DNA of 63,290 bases, the filler included, from Clostridia bacterium (GTDB lineage Bacteria; CBDUZB01; JAGLHV01): the NCBI GenBank assembly GCA_030637025.1. It is 4 parts of 4 records of this genome, joined end to end, with 100 filler letters (N's around TTAATTAATTAA, not from the genome) between each part and the next. Parts side by side here need not be neighbours in the genome. Positions count along the whole stretch, not along the records: positions 27,164 to 54,860 come from DAOVVV010000032.1; 3 more parts are not named here. One strand, given 5' to 3'. This document shows, in pieces, positions 32,086 to 42,344 of this stretch. The notes beneath the pieces were generated by a model. That model was given only the letters and a program-made list of their open reading frames with translations. It made no database searches and was not told where the DNA came from. Made by a program: the position numbers and the translations under genes. The stretch's first letter is position 1, and the number at the start of each line of letters is the position of its first letter.

Positions 32086-33474
32086 ATGTTGAACTTGGCA
32101 GATTTTTATTTCCATCCCGAAGTGCGCAAAAGAATTATGGAATATTGTGGAGGGGAAAATGATTTTTCTTCTTTTACAGCTGCAACGTTAGTCGGTTATG
32201 GAGAAAAATGGGTAGGTAAAAATTATGAACAACTTGGATTCCTTCCTCAAGAGGGGTTTGAGCAAATATTAGGAAACGGATGGGATATTTTTCGTTCGAG
32301 CTGGGATAATATGAGCAGTTTGGGGATTTTAGATGTAGAATATTTTAATTTGGATTATCCCGGAGAGATATATCTTCATCCTTACCGGACATTTAAAAAA
32401 TTAGAGTTATTATATAAAACAATCTTAAGTGTTTTTTATAAATTTAACATTATCCCCTTAGTCATTATGACTGGTCAAGGTTACCATTTTTCCTTTCGTT
32501 TACCTCAAAACAACAGAATTCATCAGAAAATTGAAGAAATAGGCAATATTCCATCTTCTGTAAAAAATAAATATATTGATTTAAAAAACAGGGGATTGTG
32601 TTTTTCTCTTCGTCAGGGGAAAGCTTACGAAGGGATGGGCAGGTTGATGGAATATATGACTCATCTGGTTATTAAAAAAATGCGGAATAGTCTAATACCT
32701 GTTGTGTGCACTGATTTAGCCGTAGGAATGACTGATTCAGTACGGGAAGCGATTTCTCTGGATTTATCTATGTATGGAGATCCCCTACATTTTCGACATA
32801 TTCGTTGTCCGTTTAGTTCCTATCAAAAACACAGAAATCAGAAATTTCGAATTGGAGAATTAGCTACAAAAAGTCCTGTTCAGATTACTCTTCCCAGGAC
32901 TGAAACAGTAAAACTGGAAGATTTATGCCAATGGAAAAATGATTTTCGAAAAGCCAGTGACTATGCATCTAAAGTGGAAACCCGGATTCCGGATGTATCC
33001 ATAGGATATGATAATTTAATTAGAAGTTACAAGCGTTCACAACTTTATCAGTTTCATAAGTATTTTGATTCCCAGGAGCATGATTTGCCTTCTGTATGGG
33101 GGAAAACTTATGATCGTTTTGATTTAGGCAAGCTTCCTCCTTGCATAGCACATGCGCTTTCTTTTCCCAATGATAATTTATTAAAACCGACTAATATACA
33201 GGCTATTACGCGGGTATTGCTAAAGCAAAGATGGCATCCAAAACATATTGCCGGTCTTATTCGTTCTAAATATGAGCGAAATCATAGTTGGGGGGATATA
33301 TGGATAAGAAATGATGCTAGTTTGCGTGCTGATTTTTATGTTCGGCTTTTTGCAGGATTATTGAGTGATGGAACGGATCAGGAAGAAGATTTAAATTGTA
33401 CTTCTTATCAAAAGAAAGGGTATTGTTGGAAGAAGTGGTGTGGATATAATTTAGAGCATTATAAAATAAATTGA
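32086..33474 (+). CDS. Hypothetical protein with archaeo-eukaryotic primase (AEP)-like motifs and Cys-rich PriL-like C-terminus
   Basis: ILDVEY, MTGQGYHF, LDLSMY, LPPCI and a terminal C-x8-C-x4-C cluster. Confidence 0.55.
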   Translation: MLNLADFYFHPEVRKRIMEYCGGENDFSSFTAATLVGYGEKWVGKNYEQLGFLPQEGFEQILGNGWDIFRSSWDNMSSLGILDVEYFNLDYPGEIYLHPYRTFKKLELLYKTILSVFYKFNIIPLVIMTGQGYHFSFRLPQNNRIHQKIEEIGNIPSSVKNKYIDLKNRGLCFSLRQGKAYEGMGRLMEYMTHLVIKKMRNSLIPVVCTDLAVGMTDSVREAISLDLSMYGDPLHFRHIRCPFSSYQKHRNQKFRIGELATKSPVQITLPRTETVKLEDLCQWKNDFRKASDYASKVETRIPDVSIGYDNLIRSYKRSQLYQFHKYFDSQEHDLPSVWGKTYDRFDLGKLPPCIAHALSFPNDNLLKPTNIQAITRVLLKQRWHPKHIAGLIRSKYERNHSWGDIWIRNDASLRADFYVRLFAGLLSDGTDQEEDLNCTSYQKKGYCWKKWCGYNLEHYKIN

Positions 33475-33540
33475 AACGGGTAAAGATTTATTAATCAGCA
33501 GGTTTTTTTTAGTTATTTTAAAAAGTGGAAATAAAATTAA

Positions 33541-34386
33541 ATGGAAATAGGTATTTCTACAGGGATTATTTATAATTATAATTTATTGGAAAATCTTTTT
33601 TTATTTAAAGAAGCGGGTTTTGATAGTATCGAAATTTGCTTTAATCCCCGATTGAATAAAGATAGGTTTTATCAATTTAATTATCAAAACTGGCTTTATG
33701 TATATGAACTTAAAGATAAATTAAAAAGGCACGAATTGAAGGTGCATTCAATACATGCTCCTTATTCCGGCACTTTTGACATTTCTGATTTAAGTGAGCG
33801 GCAGCGTATAAATACAGTGCATGAAATAAAACAGATTATCGATGTTTTAAGAGTTTTGGACGGAAGCAATTTGATTCTTCATCCTACAATAAAAGAAATT
33901 TGTGAAAATAATTTTGAAGAAAGAGGTAAATGGTTTAAACAGGTAACAAAAAGCCTTAAAAGTATTGTAGCTTACGGTGAAAAAAAGGGGATTAAGATAG
34001 CAATTGAAAATATGCTGCCCCATCTTTTTTTTGGGGACTTTAATGATTTATTAAATTTAATCAATCAGTTTGATTCTGAAAATCTAGGAATTTGCCTGGA
34101 TACTTCCCATGCTAATTTAAGTAAAGGAGTTCTTGAAGCAGTAAGAAAATTCGGCCCAAAAATTATTTCTTTACACATTTCTGATAATTATGGTAATGAA
34201 GACAGTCATTTTCCTCTGGGTGAAGGGAGTATCAACTGGAATGAATTTTTACATGAACTATTTAAAGTAAATTTTAAAGGGGTTTTTATGTTAGAAATTC
34301 TAAAAGAAGTAAAAGAAGAAGAGCTTCCTTCAATGTTAAAGAAAACATATGAAAATACAAGAAGATTTGTGGAGGGAAAACTTTGA
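33541..34386 (+). CDS. Sugar phosphate isomerase/epimerase (AP endonuclease 2 TIM barrel) family protein
   Basis: GFDSIE, SIHAP, IAIENM, CLDTSH, LHISDNYG, H..LGEGSINW, MLE. Confidence 0.9.
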   Translation: MEIGISTGIIYNYNLLENLFLFKEAGFDSIEICFNPRLNKDRFYQFNYQNWLYVYELKDKLKRHELKVHSIHAPYSGTFDISDLSERQRINTVHEIKQIIDVLRVLDGSNLILHPTIKEICENNFEERGKWFKQVTKSLKSIVAYGEKKGIKIAIENMLPHLFFGDFNDLLNLINQFDSENLGICLDTSHANLSKGVLEAVRKFGPKIISLHISDNYGNEDSHFPLGEGSINWNEFLHELFKVNFKGVFMLEILKEVKEEELPSMLKKTYENTRRFVEGKL

Positions 34387-35693
34387 AATATGATTCTGTG
34401 CGGGGAACAAGAGATATTTTAAACGAAGAGGTTCTTAAATTACGTTACTTGGAAAATTTAGGTCGGGAGGTTTTTTCTTCCTATGGGTATAAAGAAATAA
34501 TAATTCCTACTTTTGAGCGAACGGAACTTTTTACCCGTAGTATCGGGGAAGTATCGGATATTGTAGAAAAAGAAATGTATACTTTTCAGGATAAAAAGAG
34601 CAGGAGTTTGAGTTTGCGTCCGGAAGGTACTGCCGGTGTAGTGCGTGCCTATATACAACGCAGTTTGTATAGAGAAAATGCTTCCCTACGACTTTATTAC
34701 TTGGGCCCAATGTTCAGGTATGAAAGGCCTCAGGCAGGTAGATATAGAGAGTTTCGTCAAATAGGTGCGGAATTCTTTGGTAGTGGGAGTACCAGGGGTG
34801 ATGCAGAAATTATAAATGTGTTTATGGATTTTTTCGGGAAGGTGGGGTTGAAGGAGAAAGATTTCAAGCTTTATATCAATAATGTAGGGTGTGAAAGTTG
34901 TAGAAAAAAATACAAAGAGGTTTTTACCAATTCTATGCCGGATAATCTTTCTAACCTTTGTGTTGATTGTCAGAAAAGATTTTCCCGCAATCCTTTTCGG
35001 GTTTTGGATTGTAAAAATAAAAATTGCAGAGATTATATAAAAAATGTTCCCCTTATTTCCGGGTGTTTATGTCCGGATTGTAAGAAGAAAACACAAGAAA
35101 TAAAAAAATATCTTAAGGAGTTAGACATAAAATATAAAGAAGACCCGTACTTAGTAAGGGGTTTAGATTATTATACCGGTATAGTTTTTGAAATAAAATG
35201 TAGCAAATTAGGAGCTCAGGATGCTATTGCTGCCGGGGGAAGATATGATACCTTAGTAAAAGATATGGGCGGACATTCTGTGCCGGCAGTGGGTTGTGCA
35301 CTTGGTTTAGAAAGGTTATTGGACGCGGTAAATTCGGAAGAAATTGATTTGCCCATAAAAAAAGAATTAGATGTATCTTTTGTTTGTTTAGGAGAAAGGG
35401 CTTTAGCCAAAGGTGTTGATTTAGCCGGTAGGTTACGATATAAGAAAGTTTCCTGTCAGGTAGATTATAATGAAAAAAGTCTGAAAGCACAATTAAAAGA
35501 AGCGAATAGGTTGCAAGCAAAGTTTGCCGTTATTATAGGAGATGAGGAATTGCAAAAAGGGATAGTAACTTTAAAGGATATGAAGGAAGAAACACAGAAA
35601 GAAGTAAAACAAGAGGAATTAACGGCTGAGATAAGAGGCCATGATAAAACAATAAGTCAACGAAGATTAGATCAAATAGAACAAAGACATTAA
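34383..35693 (+). CDS. hisS: Histidine--tRNA ligase
   Basis: RGTRD, LRPEGTA, FRYERPQAGRYREF, LVRGLDYYTG, GGRYD; TTG start. Confidence 0.98.
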   Translation: MKYDSVRGTRDILNEEVLKLRYLENLGREVFSSYGYKEIIIPTFERTELFTRSIGEVSDIVEKEMYTFQDKKSRSLSLRPEGTAGVVRAYIQRSLYRENASLRLYYLGPMFRYERPQAGRYREFRQIGAEFFGSGSTRGDAEIINVFMDFFGKVGLKEKDFKLYINNVGCESCRKKYKEVFTNSMPDNLSNLCVDCQKRFSRNPFRVLDCKNKNCRDYIKNVPLISGCLCPDCKKKTQEIKKYLKELDIKYKEDPYLVRGLDYYTGIVFEIKCSKLGAQDAIAAGGRYDTLVKDMGGHSVPAVGCALGLERLLDAVNSEEIDLPIKKELDVSFVCLGERALAKGVDLAGRLRYKKVSCQVDYNEKSLKAQLKEANRLQAKFAVIIGDEELQKGIVTLKDMKEETQKEVKQEELTAEIRGHDKTISQRRLDQIEQRH

Positions 35694-35713
35694 TTTAAAA
35701 ACGGGAAAAATAA

Positions 35714-37462
35714 ATGAAATTAAAAAGAACGCATTATTGTGTGGAATTGGATAAAGATAATATTGGGCAGGAAGTAGTTGTTTGTGGGTGGGTGAATTCA
35801 CGGAGGGATCATGGGGGAGTTATTTTTATTGACTTGAGGGATAAAGGTGGGCTTCTCCAGGTAGTTTTTGATGCTAATTTTGAAATTGCTCATAAATTAC
35901 GCAGTGAATATGTCTTAGCGGTTAAAGGGGAAATAAGAAGACGGCCTCCGGATACACAAAATCCCCATTTAAAAACAGGGGAAATTGAACTTGTTGCCGG
36001 AGAAGTGGAGTTATTGAATAAGTCTCTTACCCCCCCCTTTGAAATTTCTGAAAAAACCAAAACTTCCGAAGAAATAAGATTAAAATATAGATATATTGAT
36101 TTAAGGCGGCCGCAATTGTTAAAAAATTTCTTTCTGCGGCATAAAGTAACCAAGATAATAAGGGATATATTAGATAAAAAAGGGTTTATAGAAGTGGAAA
36201 CACCTATTTTGACTAAGTCTACTCCGGAAGGGGCAAGAGATTATTTAGTTCCCAGCAGAGTTAATCCCGGTGAATTTTTTGCTTTACCGCAATCTCCTCA
36301 ATTGTTTAAACAACTTTTAATGGTTGCCGGGATGGATAAATATTTTCAAATTTGTAAATGTTTTAGAGATGAAGATTTAAGAGCAGATAGGCAACCGGAA
36401 TTTACCCAGGTAGATTTAGAAATGTCTTTTATAGATGAAGAAGAAATTTTTGCTATAATTGAAGAGGTAATAAGTTCTATTTTTAAACTGGTATTAAATA
36501 AAGAAATAACCCGGCCTTTTTTGCGGTTAACTTATTCGGAAGTAATGGAAAAATATGGAACGGATAAACCTGATTTACGTTTTGGTCTGGAGATTAGTGA
36601 TCTTTCTAATATAGTTAATAATTGTCAATTTAAGGTTTTCAAAAGCGTCGTGGAAAAAGGCGGGAAGGTAAAAGGCATTCGGGTCCAAGGAGAGTTTTCC
36701 CGTAAAGAAATAGAAGAAATGACGGAATGGATTGCTTCTTTTGGGGCAAAAGGATTAGCCTGGATGAAAGTAACTTCTAATGGATTAGAATCAAATATTA
36801 CTAAATTTTTTGAAAAAGAAGAATTGCAGAAAATACAGGATAAAATGCAGGGAGGGGAAGGTGATTTATTGTTATTTGTTGCGGATAAGGAGAAGATAGT
36901 AAATAATAGTTTAGCTAATTTGCGGTTGTATCTGGCCAAAAAAAATAAATTAATTAATCCGGATAATTTCCATTTTTCCTGGATTACGGATTTTCCGCTT
37001 TTGGAATACAACGAAGAAGAAAAACGCCTGCAAGCTTTGCATCATCCTTTTACCGGTCCAAAAGAAGAAGATATTTCTCTTCTGAGCAAATCACCGCAAG
37101 AAGTTCGTTCCCGTGCTTATGATTTGGTTTTAAACGGTTATGAATTAGGAGGCGGGAGTATAAGGATTCATAATGCCTCATTACAAAGAGAACTGTTTAA
37201 TGTTTTAGGAATTTCCAATGTTCAGGCAGAAGAAAAATTCGGATTTCTTTTGAAGGCCCTGGATTTTGGTGCGCCTCCACACGGAGGAATAGCTTTAGGA
37301 TTAGACCGTTTAATAATGCTTATGGTCGGGGCTGATTCTATCAGGGATGTAATTGCTTTTCCAAAAACTCAAAAAGCAATTTGTCTTTTAACCGAATCTC
37401 CTTCTTCTGTTGTCGAAAAACAATTGAGGGAATTACATATTAGATTGGATGTTAATGAATAA
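35714..37462 (+). CDS. aspS: Aspartate--tRNA ligase
   Basis: RRDHGGVIFIDLRD, STPEGARDY, ALPQSPQLFKQ, FRDEDLRADRQPEFTQ, GAPPHGG. Confidence 0.98.
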   Translation: MKLKRTHYCVELDKDNIGQEVVVCGWVNSRRDHGGVIFIDLRDKGGLLQVVFDANFEIAHKLRSEYVLAVKGEIRRRPPDTQNPHLKTGEIELVAGEVELLNKSLTPPFEISEKTKTSEEIRLKYRYIDLRRPQLLKNFFLRHKVTKIIRDILDKKGFIEVETPILTKSTPEGARDYLVPSRVNPGEFFALPQSPQLFKQLLMVAGMDKYFQICKCFRDEDLRADRQPEFTQVDLEMSFIDEEEIFAIIEEVISSIFKLVLNKEITRPFLRLTYSEVMEKYGTDKPDLRFGLEISDLSNIVNNCQFKVFKSVVEKGGKVKGIRVQGEFSRKEIEEMTEWIASFGAKGLAWMKVTSNGLESNITKFFEKEELQKIQDKMQGGEGDLLLFVADKEKIVNNSLANLRLYLAKKNKLINPDNFHFSWITDFPLLEYNEEEKRLQALHHPFTGPKEEDISLLSKSPQEVRSRAYDLVLNGYELGGGSIRIHNASLQRELFNVLGISNVQAEEKFGFLLKALDFGAPPHGGIALGLDRLIMLMVGADSIRDVIAFPKTQKAICLLTESPSSVVEKQLRELHIRLDVNE

Positions 37463-38453
37463 AAATATTTTTTTAAAAGATAACGAAGAGAGTTTAAATC
37501 TCTGTGGGCAGCTTGATGAAAATCTGCATTTGATGGAAAATGCATTTAAGGTTGCTATTATTGCCAGAGGGAATAAACTTACTATAAAAGGGGAAGTAAG
37601 AAACATACAAAAAGCAGAAAAAGTTGTAGAAGAAATTTTAGAGGTGTATCGTTCAGGACACATTCTTACCCGGCAGGAAATTAAATATATAATCGACCAA
37701 ATCAAAATGGGGATGAAAGATAAGGTGTCTACTGTTTTTTCCGAAGTAATTTATACAACGCTAAAGGGCGAAAACATCAAAGCAAAAACCCTGCAACAAC
37801 AAAAATATCTCCGGGCAATTAAGCAGTATGATATGGTTGTGGCTATAGGTCCGGCAGGTACCGGAAAAACTTATCTGGCAGTGGCTTCTGCTTTAGCTGC
37901 TTTAAAAGCAAAAGAAATTTCCCGTATTGTTTTAACCAGGCCTTTAGTAGAGGCGGGGGAAAAATTAGGTTATTTACCGGGAGATTTGCAGGAAAAAGTA
38001 AATCCTTATTTGTATCCTCTTTACGATGCTTTTTTTCTTATGTTGGGCTATGAAAGATTTCAGAGATTACGGGAAGAAGAAATTGTAGAAGTGGTTCCTT
38101 TAGCTTATATGCGGGGGCGAACATTGAATGATGCGTTTATTATATTAGATGAAGCACAAAATACCACTGCTGATCAGATGAAAATGTTTTTAACCAGATT
38201 GGGATTTGAATCCCGCATGGTTATTACCGGAGACATTACACAAATAGATTTAGAAAAGAAAGATTTTTCCGGTTTGGTTCAAATGCAATATGTTTTAAAA
38301 AAGATAAAAGAAATTGAATTTATTAGTTTTTCCAGTAAGGATGTGATAAGACACAAATTAGTGAGCAGGATAATTGAAGCTTATTCTTTCTGGGAAAAGA
38401 AAAATAATTTTCACAAGTTTTCGGATAAGAGGGGACAACAGGCAAAAAAATAA
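37449..38453 (+). CDS. phoH: PhoH family ATPase
   Basis: GPAGTGKTYLA, LGYLPGDL, YMRGRTL, ILDEAQN, TGDITQID. Confidence 0.96.
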   Translation: MLMNKNIFLKDNEESLNLCGQLDENLHLMENAFKVAIIARGNKLTIKGEVRNIQKAEKVVEEILEVYRSGHILTRQEIKYIIDQIKMGMKDKVSTVFSEVIYTTLKGENIKAKTLQQQKYLRAIKQYDMVVAIGPAGTGKTYLAVASALAALKAKEISRIVLTRPLVEAGEKLGYLPGDLQEKVNPYLYPLYDAFFLMLGYERFQRLREEEIVEVVPLAYMRGRTLNDAFIILDEAQNTTADQMKMFLTRLGFESRMVITGDITQIDLEKKDFSGLVQMQYVLKKIKEIEFISFSSKDVIRHKLVSRIIEAYSFWEKKNNFHKFSDKRGQQAKK

Positions 38454-38473
38454 TTTTAAAAAAGGAGAAGGTA

Positions 38474-39973
38474 ATGTTTGAATGGAGATTACCGTTAAGA
38501 AAATTATTGATACGCTTATTAAAATGGATAAAGAAAAAACCCTCAAAAACTTCTGTTAGAAGAAACGATGTTTTTTTAGGTCACAAAATACATATGCCGG
38601 TCTGGGCTGTAAGCAGTTTAACTTTTCTTATTTTATATTGGATTTTATTTCTTGAACTTGGCCTAAATTGGAATAATGCTTTAGGAATATTTCTTTTTAT
38701 TTCTTTATTGATTTTTAGTACCAGGTTTTATTTACAGCGTTGTGCCCCGGAAGTTATTTCCAATAACAATCGGTTGGCGTTACTCAGTGTTATAGCCAGT
38801 GTAATTGTTTTATTTATGGTAATGGTCGTAGAACTTAAATTGACAATGCCGGGTATTTCTCCTTATATTGTTCCTGTTCCGGCAGCAGCTATGTTGGCCA
38901 CCATTCTTTTAGGAAGTAGTTCTGCGGGAATAATCGTTTTATTTTTAAGTATTATTTTGAGTGTATTAAACGGCTTTGATTTTAATTATTTTTTCGTAGC
39001 TTTAGTTGGTGGGATAACCGGAATCGGGAGTGTTTTAGGGGTACGCAATAGAAGGGATTTTAGACGTGCAGGGTTGTTTGTAAATATTGCGAATATTATG
39101 GCAATATTGATTCTGGGTTTTTTACAAGATGTTTCTCCTTTTATAATCGGTAAAAATTGTTTATGGGGAGTAGGAAATGGTTTTTTATCTGTAATTTTAG
39201 CCATAGGCCTCCTGCCTTATTTGGAAAATGCTTTTTTTATTACTACTGATATTAAACTTTTGGAATTAGCTGATTTTAACCAGCCTTTACTTAAAAGATT
39301 AATGTTAGAGGCCCCTGGAACTTATCATCATAGCCTTTTAGTGGGTAATTTAGTAGAAACGGCCTCAGAGGTAATCGGGGCTAATTCTCTGTTGGCTAGG
39401 GTTGGTGCTTATTATCATGATATTGGGAAGCTTAACAAACCGGAATATTTTATCGAGAATATTCCGGCTCTTAAAAGTAAACATGATAGTTTAGTTCCCT
39501 CCATGAGTAGCCTTATTTTAGTTTCGCATGTAAAAGATGGAGTAGCTCTGGCAAAGGAACATCGTTTGGACAAAGAAATAATAGATATTATTCAACAACA
39601 TCATGGTACTTGTTTAATTCATTTTTTTTATCAGAGGGCATTGGAAGAATATGAATTAAAAAAAGTAGAAGAGGGGACTTATCGTTATCCGGGACCAAAA
39701 CCTAAAACCAGAGAAGCAGCTTTAGTGATGTTGGCAGATGCGGTAGAAGCGGCTTCCCGTTCGTTAGAAGAACCATCTCATCGTAGAATAGAGGAGATAG
39801 TAAATAAAATTATTAATAATAAGTTTATTGATGAGCAGTTAAATGATTGTAATATTACCTTATCTAATTTGCATCGTATCGCGGAAAGTTTTGTTCATTC
39901 TCTGGTTAGTATTTACCATTCAAGAATAGAATATCCCGGATATGGAGAAGAAAAAGATCAGGAAAAAAAATGA
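38474..39973 (+). CDS. 7TM-HD (HDIG) phosphohydrolase, PgpH-like
   Basis: Multi-TM region then APGTYHHS, YYHDIGK, QHHGT, MLADAVEAA. Conserved position between phoH and ybeY. Confidence 0.9.
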   Translation: MFEWRLPLRKLLIRLLKWIKKKPSKTSVRRNDVFLGHKIHMPVWAVSSLTFLILYWILFLELGLNWNNALGIFLFISLLIFSTRFYLQRCAPEVISNNNRLALLSVIASVIVLFMVMVVELKLTMPGISPYIVPVPAAAMLATILLGSSSAGIIVLFLSIILSVLNGFDFNYFFVALVGGITGIGSVLGVRNRRDFRRAGLFVNIANIMAILILGFLQDVSPFIIGKNCLWGVGNGFLSVILAIGLLPYLENAFFITTDIKLLELADFNQPLLKRLMLEAPGTYHHSLLVGNLVETASEVIGANSLLARVGAYYHDIGKLNKPEYFIENIPALKSKHDSLVPSMSSLILVSHVKDGVALAKEHRLDKEIIDIIQQHHGTCLIHFFYQRALEEYELKKVEEGTYRYPGPKPKTREAALVMLADAVEAASRSLEEPSHRRIEEIVNKIINNKFIDEQLNDCNITLSNLHRIAESFVHSLVSIYHSRIEYPGYGEEKDQEKK

Positions 39974-40410
39974 TAATTTTAATTCATAATCTTCAAAAGG
40001 CAACGAAAATTAATCAACAGTATGTGAAAAAGGTTGTAAGAAAAACATTAAAGGCTAATAACTTCTTTGTAAATAGTAAGGTTAAAAAAAACACAGAAAT
40101 GAATATAGTTTTTGTGGACAATAAATATATAAAGAAATTGAATAAAAAATATTTAAATAGAAATTGTCCTACGGATGTAATATCTTTTTTGATAGGAGAA
40201 GGGGATATGTTCGGGGATGTTTTCATTTCTGTGGAACGGGCTAAAAAACAAGCAAAAGAACAGAATTGTCCTTTAAAAGAAGAATTAACTCTTTTGGTAG
40301 TTCATGGTGTTTTACATTTGTTGGGGTATGATCATATGACTAAAAAAGAAAATTTAATTATGAGGCGAAAAGAAAGTAATATTTTACAAGCCTGTTTAGA
40401 TTTGGATTAG
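39970..40410 (+). CDS. ybeY: rRNA maturation endoribonuclease YbeY
   Basis: PTDVISF, GDVFIS, HGVLHLLGYDH. Confidence 0.97.
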   Translation: MIILIHNLQKATKINQQYVKKVVRKTLKANNFFVNSKVKKNTEMNIVFVDNKYIKKLNKKYLNRNCPTDVISFLIGEGDMFGDVFISVERAKKQAKEQNCPLKEELTLLVVHGVLHLLGYDHMTKKENLIMRRKESNILQACLDLD

Positions 40411-40442
40411 TAAAGAGTTCAATCATTAAAGGGTTTTTTTAA

Positions 40443-41168
40443 ATGGAAATTATTAAAAATAAAACATTATGGTCTAGTTTTAATAATGCAATCAAAGGAA
40501 TAATTTATGTATTAAAAACACAGCGGAATATGCGGGTACATTTTTTGCTGGCATTTGGAATTTTAATTATTAGTTTGTTTTTAGATTTGACTAAATTTGA
40601 AATATTGATTCTTATTTTTGCCATAACAGTTGTTTTAATTGTGGAAATGATAAATACTGCAATAGAAGTGGTTATAAATTTAATTACCGAAACTTATCAT
40701 CCTTTGGCTAAAATGGCTAAGGATATTGCTGCCGGAGCTGTTTTATTTGCAGCGATAAATGCTTTTATTGTTGGGTATTTGATTTTTATGAAGTTTATAA
40801 AACTATATGTAGAATCTGATTTAGAAGTAGTATTGCTTAAAGTACAGCGTTCCCCGGAGTACATTACTCTTATTTGTTTATTAGTAGTAATAATTTCAGT
40901 GCTTATGGGAAAGTCAATTTTTAAGAGGGGAAGTCCTTTATCCGGAGGAATGCCCAGTGGGCATAGTGCTGTTGCTTTTGCTATTTGGACAATTACTTTG
41001 TATGTTCATCCGGATAATGTTCTTGTTCTTTCCGTGCCGGTTTTTATTCTGGCGGTTTTAGTCGTTCATAGCCGGATTGCTTTAGGAATTCATAATTGGT
41101 GGGAGGGTTTGACCGGGTCTTTTTTAGGTGTTTTAATTACCACATTAATTTTTCAATTATTTAGTTAA
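40443..41168 (+). CDS. dgkA: Diacylglycerol/undecaprenol kinase fused to PAP2-like domain
   Basis: QRNMRVH, EMINTAIE, AKDIAAGAV; C-terminal MPSGHS and SRIALGIH. Confidence 0.88.
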   Translation: MEIIKNKTLWSSFNNAIKGIIYVLKTQRNMRVHFLLAFGILIISLFLDLTKFEILILIFAITVVLIVEMINTAIEVVINLITETYHPLAKMAKDIAAGAVLFAAINAFIVGYLIFMKFIKLYVESDLEVVLLKVQRSPEYITLICLLVVIISVLMGKSIFKRGSPLSGGMPSGHSAVAFAIWTITLYVHPDNVLVLSVPVFILAVLVVHSRIALGIHNWWEGLTGSFLGVLITTLIFQLFS

Positions 41169-41306
41169 TTTAAAAAAATTTATAAAATAATCTAAGTCTT
41201 ATTTATTCTGAGAAACCGAAGGGGGCCCCGCAGCTTGCTGAGGGGTAGTTGATTGCCGGCTAAAAAAATTTTGTGATTATTTATTGAAAAAAACAGGAGA
41301 AAATAG

Positions 41307-42344
41307 TTGTTTTTGTTTAAAGGATTAATTTTAGTAATATTATTAATGTGGTCATTCTTTTTTTCGTTAATGGAGACAATTTTTGTTTCTTTGGATAAAT
41401 TTAAGATAAGAGAAATAAAAGAAAAAAAATCTTTTTTAAGTATTGACCGATTATTGGAAAAACCATCCTGGTGGCTGACGGATATTCTGATAGGAAATAC
41501 TTTAGTTAATATAATCTTTACTACCATGGCTATAAGTATGGCGGTTGATGTTACTTACAGGTGGTCTATTAAGAAGGAATGGATAACAGGGATAACGGCT
41601 GTTTTGGTAATGGTTATTATACTTGTCTTTGGAGAAATTATTCCCAAGACTTTAGCCCGGGTGCAAACAGTTAAGTTTTTTTCTTTAATGATTAAACCTT
41701 TTTTAACGGTGGATAAAATTTTGGTTCCGGCAAGTAAGCTATTTTTGTGGATCACCAATCTTTTTATTAAGCCCGGAAAAGAACAGCCGGAAAAAACAAA
41801 GGTAACGAAAAAAGAGTTATATTTTTTCTTGCGTACAGGCAGAAAAGAAGGAGCATTAGAAGAAGAAGAGGAGAAAATAATTTATCGGGTATTAGATTTG
41901 AAAGATATTTCCGCAGAGAGGATAATGACGCCTCGAAATAAAATAGATGCAATTTCTCTATCTCAAATTAAAGATAAAGAAGAACTTTTTTATAGGGTAA
42001 TGGAAATAGGAAGATCTCGTATTCCGGTATATAAAGATAGTTTGGACAATATAAAAGGGATCCTTTATGTTAAGGATTTATTATCAGTCATAAGGGAAAC
42101 GGAATCCTTTTCTATAATTAATTTTATGCATTCTACGTTTTTTGTTGAGCCGGATATAAAAATAGATGATTTATTTAAAGAATTTAATGCTAAAAAAATA
42201 CACATTGCTCTGGTAAAAGAAAAAGGAATTTTAAAAGGGCTGATAACCATGGAAGATATTATAGAAGAAATTGTAGGAGAAATTCTGGATGAATATGATT
42301 TGGGCAAGATTAGAGAAAGACAATATGGAGGATTTCGGTTATGA
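41307..42344 (+). CDS. CNNM/DUF21-CBS (hemolysin/CorC-like) membrane protein, copy 1
   Basis: ILIGNTLVN, FGEIIPK, IMTPR, SRIPVY, TMEDIIEEIVGEILDEYD; TTG start. Confidence 0.92.
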   Translation: MFLFKGLILVILLMWSFFFSLMETIFVSLDKFKIREIKEKKSFLSIDRLLEKPSWWLTDILIGNTLVNIIFTTMAISMAVDVTYRWSIKKEWITGITAVLVMVIILVFGEIIPKTLARVQTVKFFSLMIKPFLTVDKILVPASKLFLWITNLFIKPGKEQPEKTKVTKKELYFFLRTGRKEGALEEEEEKIIYRVLDLKDISAERIMTPRNKIDAISLSQIKDKEELFYRVMEIGRSRIPVYKDSLDNIKGILYVKDLLSVIRETESFSIINFMHSTFFVEPDIKIDDLFKEFNAKKIHIALVKEKGILKGLITMEDIIEEIVGEILDEYDLGKIRERQYGGFRL

